Positions 1-12,300 of a DNA stretch of 64,000 nucleotides are shown one piece after another. A program made the translations under genes and the position numbers. Within the stretch, counting starts at the first letter, position 1; the number at the start of each line of letters is the position of its first letter. The DNA is from Phoronis australis. Its lineage: Eukaryota > Animalia > Phoronida. The stretch is taken from assembly GCA_002633005.1 (NCBI GenBank), contig NMRA01000029.1, positions 229,707 to 293,706 of the forward strand, written 5' to 3'. The notes beneath the pieces are model-generated. The model had not been told where the DNA came from and ran no database searches. It was given only the letters and a program-made list of their open reading frames with translations.

Positions 1-285
1 GGCTCATTACAATGTAGCTATTGCTGTAACACATAGCCTAGTACTTAATTTATGTTGCTGCCAAGAAACAGTTGCAGATCATGCCTCAGACCAGATGAAT
101 GTTAGAACTGATGCTATCAAGGCAAAGTCAATTTTAACTGGCTTAACAATCATATTTCTTGCTTTCGTGTGACCAACATATGGTGTACAAGAAGATTAAT
201 AATTCTTACCTATACTTTAAGTTTTGATGTTTTGAAAATATTTTGTTTCAAATCACTTGGTGCACTGTGTCTATGTAATCCTCAG

Positions 286-361
286 ACCCCACCGATGTCC
301 AGACCCCAAACAGTACATTACGGCACCTACCAACATCACGTCCAGGATGTTCAGGCGATCG
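286..361 (+). CDS. DCAF1: DCAF1 exon ([25 protein letters not shown])
   Basis: cag| ... |gtgagt; resembles human PHQCPEPKQRRQAPINFTSRLNRR. Confidence 0.85.
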
Positions 362-3300
362 GTGAGTGGCAGACTGTAGAATTGATTGGACATTTGAGTT
401 AGGGTTACTATCAGCATCTGCAATTTACAAAAGCAGGAGGTGTGTCCTAGTGAGTTGAGTGTCTGCCTCTACTACAGTAGTCACCTTATGTTACCAACAT
501 GTGTTCTTATGGCACCTATATATTTTTACTAGTTTTATATGATTTTAGTTTATTGTGACTATCTTTGTTTAGTACTGTTTTCTGATGTAGCGTCCTTTTG
601 CCTTAATTTGTTAATCCTGTTCTCTTGTACCCCAAAAGGGGTCGTTACATGTATTAGAGAGACGAATATACTCTCTCTAAACTTTCTCGGGTGGTAGGTT
701 TAAATACCACTGAACCCCACTGCTAGACCCTTCAGTCAGGTCTCTAGCTCCTCAGCTCGGTCTTTATTTCTGTATATATGTAAATTTGTTATACACACAC
801 ACACANACACATGTATATATGTGTGTGTATTGATAAAACGGTGTTTGATGCAGTAGGATCGACTAAGCAGCCTGCACACATGATGCAATGTTTATCAGAC
901 CACCTGCACCATTTATAAAACGATGGTCACAATGCTAACTTTTTTCTTGTCATTAGCGTCGTGACAGAAATCATATAATGATAATGAAAATGGTTTTCTA
1001 ATATTTTTAAAGCCAGTTCGAAATCACCTTCTGCCAGAAATGATCTGATTAAGACAAATTGCCATTCTGCAACTGGTTACAATTTGTTTCTTACTCTAGT
1101 CTGAAGAAGGAGCAATTTGAGATCAATTTTACAATGGCATGTGACCTAAGTCAAAAGTTGTGGAGACAGTTGCTTAGCAGCTTCAAACTATATGGTAATA
1201 ATGCCAGCAGTGGATTATAATAAGTTGGGTCCTCTCTGAAACTTGGAATTAATTGTTATTTCTTATCTGAAGCTTTCCTAAGTTTCTATAATTTCCTGAG
1301 CATTTGACGAAGCAGTATGCACCAAGTACTTGGAGAAGTTATTGTGTTAGTATGTACAAAACCAGTTTGAACAGATAACATGTTCTTAAAAACGTTGCTT
1401 TGTTTTCTTGTGTCAGGGTTTTCCAAAGTTTGGTGGGCCGGAGGGTGACCGCTTTGACAGGAAGTACATCTACAGCAAATTTCGACCAATCAGGTCGTAC
1501 CGTGACTCTGAGGCTGACGGATGCTTCTCCAGCTGTGCATTCTCGGTAAATGAACCATTTCATTTTGCAAGTAACTCTCTATTTTTGCCTTCTGGAGTCA
1601 GGCTGGCTCGAATGATATGGGAATTCTTCTCTTATTTCGCACAAAAATAATTGCCAAACGGTCATTTTTTCCATTTTGCAATTTAGGCTGATTGCCTTTT
1701 TGCAAATGAGAATTTTAGATGATGTTATTTTATGACATCTACACACCACAATCCATGCTTGTTATCGATATTGTTCTTAATCAGATCCTGTATTTTGCGA
1801 AGAAATTTAACAAAATATAACTTCACTTGTCGGCCATATTGTGTGAAAGAGCCGAGTGGCGGAGTGCTTGGATTGGCTACTTCCATCATATTTGCCAGGA
1901 GAGGAAGAGTACTTCCTGTGTTTTTTATTTTGTTATTTAGTATTCATTAAACTCACGACATTGATTTTCATACATTCTCACTCAAACTCTTTGTATATTT
2001 GTCGTATCATCCGTAGATTAACAATAGGGAGGACTGCGAAGAGTAACAGCAAGAATAATTAATGGCTATAATATTATATCCGTTATTATATAGGAGCATG
2101 GGTATAATATTATATGCATTACTAAGTATATGAGAGCATGTTTTCTCACCAGTGACTTATCAGACGAGGTTGTCTTTAGATGGTTTGCAAGTTATGTTTA
2201 CACTTGAATCTTTGTACAAACATATTCTAATCTGAACCCAATCTCCTTGTGAAAAAAGGTCTTATTTGAATTTATCTGGTATGACTTGGTTTGAAACATC
2301 ACCATGTTAACAACATGCTTTGATGTGACATTTAAATTTTAAAGTTACCATGTGTGTAAATTCATACTGTCTTTGTGTCATGTCCTGCTGTCTTGATATT
2401 ACCATCAGTCTGTCTTCATGTGAACTACATGTCTACATGTAAACAACGTGTCTTCATGTAAACGTGTCCTTCCCCCCCAGGCATGCGAACAGTGGATGAT
2501 GCTGGGTACTTATGCTGGAGAGTTGAAACTGTACAACATGATCACGGCAGAGGTTAGCATACAGTTTGTGTCTCAGTTCTTCATTGTGATAATTTAGCTA
2601 TTTTATGTGAAAATTTTCAATAATACTGGGCTTACAGTATGGTGTGAGGTTGTAGTGCCTCGCTCGTATCAATGAGGGCAATTTCCAGTGGGAGGCGTGT
2701 ACTTTCATTGCTAACCTGCAACCAGAGTAGATTTTCTTTTGTGAAGTTGCGAGAGTGGAAGTTTGCGGTGAATAGGGCAAAACACAAACGAGATATGTTG
2801 CAGATTATGCTTTCTGCTTTTAATTTGGCCTGAGTAGTGGCTTTAAACTTGTGTGATAAAATTTGCCAGTTTTAATAGACTTCTTTGCTTTTTTTGGTAG
2901 GTCAATGTCTATGCATCTAATTTCTGAGGTAAATGTAAAATTGCCTGTGTTTATATTGTATTAGGTTTACATTCATCACTGTCTACGCTGTGATCACATG
3001 CTTACTTGATTGGCTAATCTCTACTTGCAGGAAGCTGGTGCCTACGTGTGTCACACGTCTCCAATTAATCACTTACAGCCATCTGCCGTAAGTCTGAGTT
3101 CACTACAGCGGAGATTTACATTTACTTACTGCAACTAAGAGTCTTAGGGATCCTTAACCAAACATTTGGTGTCCAACCAGAAATAATTTTTTGATTACCC
3201 AGCAAATGATGTAGCTTAGTCAGACTGGCTCATATCTAGGGAATGATTGTTGTCGCTATGGATGTCATGTAAAAACTAGGTTGCTATGGCAACCGCTTGT

Positions 3301-6300
3301 CAAACTAGGAAAAAGTTGTTGTGGATATGAATTTAAATTATCGTAAATTTCTGTCTGCCATCTTGATAGTTTCATAAAAATCTCGATCAATTACAGTCAA
3401 ATTCAAGAAATTTGTGGAAACTTCAACTTTTCATTCACTTATGTTGTCGACATTATTTGGTGTCGGCTCTTCAGCGTTGTTTCAAGTAAATGTGAAAATA
3501 GTCACAGTTTTGCTGCAGGAAAGCCCAGGGCATACATTCACTAAATGGCAGTTTCAGAACCAAAAGTCACATTCATGAATGCGCCTGGGTGAGTGTTTGG
3601 CATAGCTGAATAATACACACCGTGGCATATAGGTACTTCTCTTAAATGGACAGTTGCCGGAACTTTCTACTCAATGTCACAGAAGTTTTTGTCGATAGCA
3701 AGGGCAACATCAGGTCATGTGGACCAAAGAAGAACAATGTTGTCCAAGATGGCTGATGCAGACACTGTAGACTCTTCCCTCTGATTTTTTTGTCTATTAG
3801 ATTCTCATCGTCTGCTCGTTATCTTTTTTAGAACTGTCAGGGCTTCACGTTTTTGCTGCATGTAATTGATCAGATCACAAGTAGCGACATCTGTAGTCCT
3901 GGTGGCTTCGAAAGTGATATTAAAACGAGCAACTTCACCTCTTAGTGGAAATCAACATACTGTTCAGAGGATAGATGTAGCAATGATCATATACTTCAAA
4001 CTGCAATAGGAACATTTTCTTTAGCAACAGGTTGGAAATAAGATTTTTCAATTGAAAACATTTCTGATGCCCATTTTATGCAGCACCCTTGGTATATTAT
4101 TGTTGACAATTGGTGGTGCTTACAGATCAAACAGTGATGTATATTTCAACTGGAATTTCTTGTCACGTTCTAGATCTGCTATTCATTCTTTTCTTCAGGA
4201 CGGAATGTTGGTGCTGACGTCATCCAGCTGGGGCACTCCACTTTCTGCCTGTTGGACCCTTGGCGACGTATTTGATGTTAAGTGCGTACCGTTTCTTTAT
4301 CTGGACACTGAGGCGTCCATTTTGTGATCTCAATGAATGGAGTGCATAACACGTTATTTTTTCGTTATCTTATCACAAGGAGTGAAGTGTAGAAATGCTG
4401 CGACTTCTGGGGCCTGTTTCTTAAAGAATATTCTTGGGTTTTTTGTCTTAACTTTTGGCTAAAAATCAATCAAGAAAATGAACTAAGGCTGAAAGTCAGA
4501 AAATCTGTCCACAAATTGAAGTAAAAGACAGAAAGCCTTAGTTTGCTTATCTAGAGAGAAAGGCGAGACAAAATTCAACTTTTGGCTGTTTGTAGTCAGA
4601 TTTCTTATTTTTGGCTAATAGATAAAAGCCAAAAGTCTCATTGAGAGACAGGCTCTGATGTATGCTTAATATCAAACACTGAGTACATTTACCTATTCAG
4701 TGTCTTTTCTATACCCATAGTGTATAGTTCATGTCAAAAGTAATCTGACAAGATAATCCGAAATTGTCTGTCGTGACGTCTGGACACGAACAGAATTCTT
4801 TTGTCTTCCCAGCCATGTGCCATGACCGGGAATTTACTGGAAAACTAGCAAGGTAAATCGCTGTTGTTAATGTCCTCAAATTTCATTTCAGGTTAAATTT
4901 CGAAGAGGATCACTACGTGGAATTCAGCAAAGTTGCTCAAGACAGGATAGTCGGCACTAAGGAAGAGACAGCTACTGTGAGTTATTGATCTAGATTATAG
5001 TGAAGTGGCCTTTAATTTACCGTTACATTATGTAGAACGAGCAGCCATTCTGATTTCACCTCCAGATTGAGCTGGTGCTGAATAACTAAACTGGTCTGTT
5101 GATGTTGCTTTTACATAACACGCTTTGCGACTGTGTCTTCCACATATCTGCTTGTTTGAAAATGCAACTTATGTTTAAGAGCTGCTTTCACTGCCATCTA
5201 GTGGTCTTTGTTGGCTGTGTAGTAGGTATTGGCTGGGATTTACTCACTGTACAGCAATAATACCTCAGTTGTGACAATCAATTGTTAAAATGGGAAAATG
5301 CTTACACACAATGTCAAATTACTATTTGTGCTGTGAACTCCTAATTACAAACCGAACACAACTTCCTGCAGATCTATGATGTCACCACCGGACAGACCAT
5401 ACTCACACTGACCGACAAGCGTCAGGCCAACAAGTACACGCGGAACCGTGCCACCTTTGACCCATCGGACGACCTTGTGCTCTCAGATGGCGTTTTGTGG
5501 GATGTGAACAGTGGCAAGCTGGTGCACAAGTTTGACAAGTTCAACCCGCACGTGAGCGGCGTGTTCCACCCCATGGGGCTCGAAGTTATCATCAACTCAG
5601 AAGTCGTATCTTTTGAAAGTACCTTGTTACGTAAATTGGCTTCCTGTTCTGAGGAAGAATTTGAGATTGATGAAGTTCCATACTGCAAGTTCTGAGCTAA
5701 TGAAATTTGTAAATGATTTTGCTATGCAAGCCTATCAGAAGCCAAACTCAAGTCAAAGGTTAGAGTTCATCCTTTTTTTAAATCAACAGGAAGGTGCTTA
5801 TGAACGCTTTAATAAACATATTTACCGAAATGTTTACAAAGAAATGTTTCGATTAGAACTTAAACTGTCGATTAGAGGGAGGTCAGCGCAAGTCACTGTG
5901 TGGCAGGAGTCATGGCCAGGTCTGGTTGACGTAATGTTTTTATTGAATATTTCCGATTCCAAAATGTGCACGGACCCTTTAATGTTTAAATAGTGGGTGT
6001 TAACAAAGGATACACGCATTATCAAAATCAATCACATGCTGAGTAGTGTTATGATATGATTATATAAATGTGTAATTCTTAAACCAGTGTGGAATTGTAT
6101 ATCGCAAGCATTTTTAAGTCTGGTCAGCATGCCATCTGTGGCAGAAGTTCCAGGGTTCGAGTCCCGGTTGGGGCAGAAAAATTTTCTGACTTATATTCAT
6201 TAAGTCACGTGATGTGGCCACAGGTGGCGTGCTGACCAGACTTAAAAATGTTTGTGATAATATGATGATAATGATCAGAATGATAATAACGATAATAATT

Positions 6301-9300
6301 CTGGTGTTCCTTAACCGTGTTGTCAGTGGGACATGCGTACATACAAATTACTGCACACTGTGCCCGCCTTAGACCAGTGTCAGATTCGGTTCAACAACAG
6401 CGGAGACATCATTTATGGTGGTAATTTCATTTACTTTATAGTCACACAGTTTGAATCACCTTTAGTAGTTTTTTGTTCAAGGAGAATTTCCAAACATGTC
6501 ATTTATTTACTTTTTGGTTTCGGGCCCCGAACAACCAGATTTCATTTGTGACTGGGCAATAGTGTAGTATAAAATTTTTAAGTTAATTAATGTGAAGTTT
6601 TCCACACACTTGTCAATTTTATGGTCGAGTGCACATTGTTGGTCTCAAGTTCTACTTTTCCTGTGATATTTATTTACCTGTTTTCATTTTATTCCGAGTT
6701 TTCTAATCTATGATTAATAACATTACCTCGTGAGATTAAGAATGATGTGCTGAACTGGCAAGCCTATTGTTGATGCTTTTTCCCCGTCTCCATTCATTTT
6801 CTGCTTTTTCATCAATTTTTATTTGCTGCAGTTTGTATATGGGTCAAAATGTGAGTTGAAGAAAGTGGCTGAGTAATTATTGCATTGACATTTTTTCTGT
6901 TCAGAGAATATTTTCTCGCCTTGTTTATCGCATTTGATTCATGTATCATGCTTTTTCCAAGTGTCATTGAAATCCTTTTGCAATCCTTCTTTACAAATTC
7001 ATATTAAAATCATTTATGCTAGATGAAGATCGATTCTGTCGAAAATTCTAACCACTGTGGATCTTTCCAGCCATCCATCAGGCTGAAGACGATGATCTCC
7101 TGTCAGATAACCCCGTCAAGAGCCCGTTTGGATCATCCTTCAGGACGTTTGATGCCTCTGACTACAGTAACATTGGTAATTGGTTAAACACTGCTTTTTA
7201 TAACACTCTTACCTATGTGTAGTTGTTATTGTGTAGTTGTTATTGTGTAGTTGTTATTGTGTAGTTGTTATTGTGTAGTTGTTATTGTTTTCTGGCTTTC
7301 ATTATTCATTTTTCTCTGTTACTGTTTTTCGGAGAAAATTTTTCTGAAAAGTGACTCTTTGTAACAACTGTAACATGAACTCCTTGGCGGTTTTTACTAA
7401 GTGAAGTTACTTTTATTAGTTCTTTGCTTTGCCTTTTGTGGAAGATGTTTAAAGCGAGCTTTTTGTGCTTACAGCCACTATTGACGTTAAAAAGAATATC
7501 TACGACTTGTGTACAGACAACACAGATTGTTATCTAGCTGTGATAGAGGTAGGCGATGGCTTTAGACTGTTTGCTTTGGTTTTAACGTTGTTGTTATACT
7601 TACGAATCCTTACATTTACTTACAAGTTATCCAAAACTCTTCGAAAGAGAACTTTATGGGTTAGTGTTGGTAAAGTCGGTAATATATTTTTGAGGCAGTG
7701 GCAAAGTTTAATTGTATTTTAGGAGGGCAGTTTAGCGCACTCTCAGTTGTGAGGTTCGAGTTTGAATCATGTTGGCGTGCAAACTCTAAACATTCCACTA
7801 ATGTCAGTTACATCCTTGTTTTCCATCCTAACTCGAGGACGTGGCAGGAAGTAAACTGGTGTAAATGTGTTGACGGCCTTCATGGAAAGCTGCATTTTGG
7901 TTCGAGGTGTTTCTCGTTGTTGAAGAAATTTTTGATAAATTATGCCAGATTGATTGTTGTGAAATGTATGTGTCTCATTACTAGAAAAATGTTGTGAAAT
8001 GCTCTTTCATAAAAATATGTGTACTGTGAAATTTATATGTTGGTCTTGCATCATCAACGTAGTTAGAGTTCTTCAGGGCATGTGATTCATGTAGTTTTTT
8101 CACAATTTCCATGACTGATACTGGTTTGATCGGTGACCTGTGTCATTCTCGTCCCCAGAACACAAAAAACCCCGATAACTTCTCGGAGGAGAGCATCTGT
8201 CGGTTGTACGAGGTAGGACGACATAGGGAAGAAGATGAAGAGGTAAGATGGCTGACTGCACGTGTTGGCAAGTTGATTGGTGCGGACTGGTGGGTGATTT
8301 ACGACTGGTTAAAGACTTGAAACTTCAATCACGGACGTGTATGGTTTTGTCTACCAGGAACTTGAACATTTTACGTCAATTTTAAGCCTGTTTATTTTGA
8401 AAAAGGGACATTCGTTAAAAAGTATCATTTAGAAAGCTGTTTCGTCTTGTCTGGTTTCTGTTACCAGTTGCTTAATGAAAAAGAAGTGGAGAGTCTACTG
8501 TTTGTGATTTTGATTTTTAATTAAAGTATTTTTCCGTTAAGTTTTTCGTTAAGATTGATCCTAGTTTGAAAGGATAGCGTTACATTTTTTACTGCATTTT
8601 TGGTCAACTTGGCACATGTTTTGAACTTGGTCTATGTGATTAGGTTTCTAGGTTATTTTTTGCCTAGTCAAATTCACTGATAAAAATAATGATTATTCCT
8701 CAAACCAGAAGTATGTCATGGTGAGTCACCAAGTTCTGGAAATGCCTGTTCGTCTGAGTAAGCTGTCTTCTCCCTCTCATTTCCATTCCGACAAGTGTGC
8801 TCGGTGACCTAGGTGCCACTCAATTTCCTGTCTGCCTGGATTCATAACATTTCGTTCCTTTATTTGTGCAGTGGGCTTGAAGAAATATTTGTATTAATTT
8901 TGTTTTCATAAAAATCGAAAAGAGAGATTCAAAAAGCCTTTCACACTAAGTAAAATATGCCAAATTGAGCAAAATTGTCTTCACAAAAGGTAACAGTCCT
9001 CTTTAATTCCAGAAAGCTTGTTTTAGAGACGAGCAACTTCACCTGGGGCTCTTAAGGTCATTCTAACTGGTTGAGACCAGGATAGATGTGAAGATGGTTT
9101 TACTTGTAAATCCCTTGGCTTGATGATGTTGTGTAGATGAGGCAATGTTCCTAACCTCGGGAAATTATTCAACTTTGAAATTTTGTACTCCAAAGTTTTA
9201 GAACTGAGAATTCATGCAGGATATTTAAAAGGGACCATTTAACCTTTGACCTTGCTTTGTAATTGCAGGCGGATGAAGAAGAAGAAACCAACATGGAGGA

Positions 9301-12300
9301 TGAGGAAGATGAGGAGGCTTCTGACATTGAGGACATTATATCTCAGGAGGAAGGTGAGTGATCTGATTGGATAACTTTTGTCTCACCATTGTGCAGCAGA
9401 CGGCAGTTACGTATATTGGTGTTGGCTGCAGACAGTATTTTGTGTTGTATCTAGTTGTTTGTTGCAGACAATATTTTTGTGTTCTATCAAAGTATTGGCT
9501 GTGAATTAAACAACAGTTTGGTGGATTGGTCTTTGTTGCAGAGGATATTTTGGTGTCCTGTCCAATTATTGGTTGTGAAGCAGACGACAGTTACGTACAT
9601 TGGTCTTGGTTGCATACGATAGTGTGGTGTTCTATCCAATTATTGGTTGCGCAGCAGACATCAGTCATGTGCACTGGTCTTGGTTGCAGACGTTTGTTTG
9701 GTGTTCTATTCTATCAGTGGTTGGTTGGCATCAAAAGGGAAATAATCGGGTTTATGGCCTAAAAATGCAGCTTTGAGATTATTTTTTAGAGTTTGATTAA
9801 AGCTATAAAAAACGTCAAATTCTGTTGTGTTTTTGTGACTTCATTACAAATCACCAAGAATTCTCACAGTTATCTACCTGCCATTCCCTGAAATCAAAGC
9901 GGGTGACTTTACTAGGTATATATTCTGCCACCTATCGAGTATCATTTACCTCTGCCAGCAAAATGATGGGCCGTGACCGCTGAGTTTGTGAGTACAATTC
10001 CATGTTGCAGCCGATTTCAGAAAAAACTTTTCTTTCAGTGATATCACCTTAAACTAACATCTAGTGGATAGATAGTCTCGTGTCATCTGAGGCATTGTTC
10101 AACAATGGCGATAATATGAGAGTGTGATGTATTCGTTGTTCTTTGTGTTGTGCAAGAGAGCTCAGCAGACATTGTTGTCAGGAGGCTGTTCTCGGTGATA
10201 AGATGCTTTTCATGCGTTTCATCATGTGGTCAGCCGTACAACAAGTAGAGACTTTGTCTTGCAAAATTGATTTTCCAACATGCACACCGGCCCTCTCAAT
10301 TACGTCTGCTTCTACAACCGGTGAAGTCACGTGTATACACACGGTCACCGGACATAAAAGACTGCAGCGATGCCAAGCACAGTGTAGATTAGCCTCACAG
10401 TGACAGGGTTATAGAAATGTAGCACGCTTTGGCACGTACTTATGCTAATTGTTGGAACTGCTGTATCTGTGCTAGGTGAAAATATTTTGGCCGGGCTTCT
10501 GAGCGACAATGCAGAGTTTGAAAATGCAGACGATGACGAAGGTGGGGGTTCTTAGTTGTGGTGTTTCGTTATGTTCTCGATCTGATAGGTTTTCTGTAGA
10601 AAGTTTTGTTAGAAATGTACTGAAATTAACACTGATTAAAAATTGCGTTCTGTTAAATTGAATACGAAAATGTTTCACAGAATTTGTTTGTTTCAAAATT
10701 TCTTATCAACACCATTGTTCGGTTCTGTTTTAAATTTTGTAGCAAGAATATTTTGTTATCTTTGGCATAAAGATTGTTTTCATGTTCACAATGTATCAAC
10801 TAATGCTTTAATAACCAGTTGAACTTTGCCCTCTAGACTTGGACGTTTTATTGGATGATCCGTTGCTTGAAGGTCGGTACACATCTGTTCAAATTTGAGT
10901 AGGAATGTGAACTTCTTGTGAGACTAAGATCTTTGTTGTGACGCTGCTTATTTAAGTTCATTTTCTGAATATGTTGCCATTTCATTTGCACAGTTTGGAA
11001 ACATTTGGAGTGGATTAGAATAGCGTTTGTGTGCTGATGTGGAACAAAATGTTGTTTAACTGTAAATGGAAGTTGGTTAGAGATGTTAGTGAATACAAAG
11101 TATTCTTGAAATGTTAGAGCATTTAGGGATATTAAGAGAACTGGTGTTATTGAAGAATTTCTGAAAACACCGTTCATAATCAAATGAACGCATCGACAAT
11201 TAAAATTCACTAACTTAGAATATTTGTCAAAACATCAAATCTGCCACCTCCATAAATAAGTCATTGCTTCTTTGCATGTTATGAAAGTACCGTGCTACCA
11301 GTTAATATGCCCGAACATAGGCTAATAAAAGTACAATCTGTCTAACTGTAAAGTGTATTCTATCAAAACATACCTCGTCTTGTATGTACGTAGACGACGA
11401 CTACACACCGGATATTGACGCCATTACCGAGGATGTTGTCGTCGAGGAGGCTCCGAGCGTTGGCAGCTACCGCCTGGCGCCGCTCACATCCGAGGGACGA
11501 TCAGATGAGCAACAGACTGACCACGCTCTTCCACTGTCCACTCAAACTGACCCAAACTCTAGCCAGTCCTTGTCAGAGATCCTCATGTTCGAAGACACGC
11601 TGGCCTTATTTCCAGACCTACTGCTTCCTGTTAGCCATCCACCAGAGCCAGCGTTAGAAATGGAAATCGGCACAACGGTATCTGGTTTGGCCATAGGCGA
11701 GATAAATGAGGCTGGGACCGAGATACAGAGAGATGTTTTTTTGGCGGTAGACACGACAATTTCCAGCATTACCAACCTGCATTCCGTGGCATTGGAGACC
11801 ACCAACAGTCCTCAGTCTGCCAATACTTTGTCCTCTGCGTCATTGGCAGCTTTCCAGGGAACGGCACATTCTACAACTGGCAATTTGCCATGTGTTGCCT
11901 TGTCTGATAGCGGCAGTCATGCAAATTATCACACTGCAAAATCCGAAAGTGCCCCAGCTCATTCAGTTCCCTTGTCCTTATGCGGTAACCTTGGTAACGA
12001 GGCAGTTAGTATGTCCAGCAGATCTTGTGTACATGTGGACCTGGGAAGTCGAGAATGTAGAAAGAGGAAACGGAGCAGCGACTCGACGGACGATGAAGAA
12101 ATTGTCTCGGCGTTGGCAGTAGATAGACAGGAGAATGAACTAGATCACACCTATGCCTGCGAAATGTCGTCCGCCAGTGGTGGGAATGAATCTGTTGAAG
12201 AGCTCCTTTCAGACGATGTAACCCCAGAAAGTGTTCTTGGAAATGACCACCTTTTTCCGAGCATATCATCTTCTGGGTTGTTAGCTGCTAACGATGAAGG

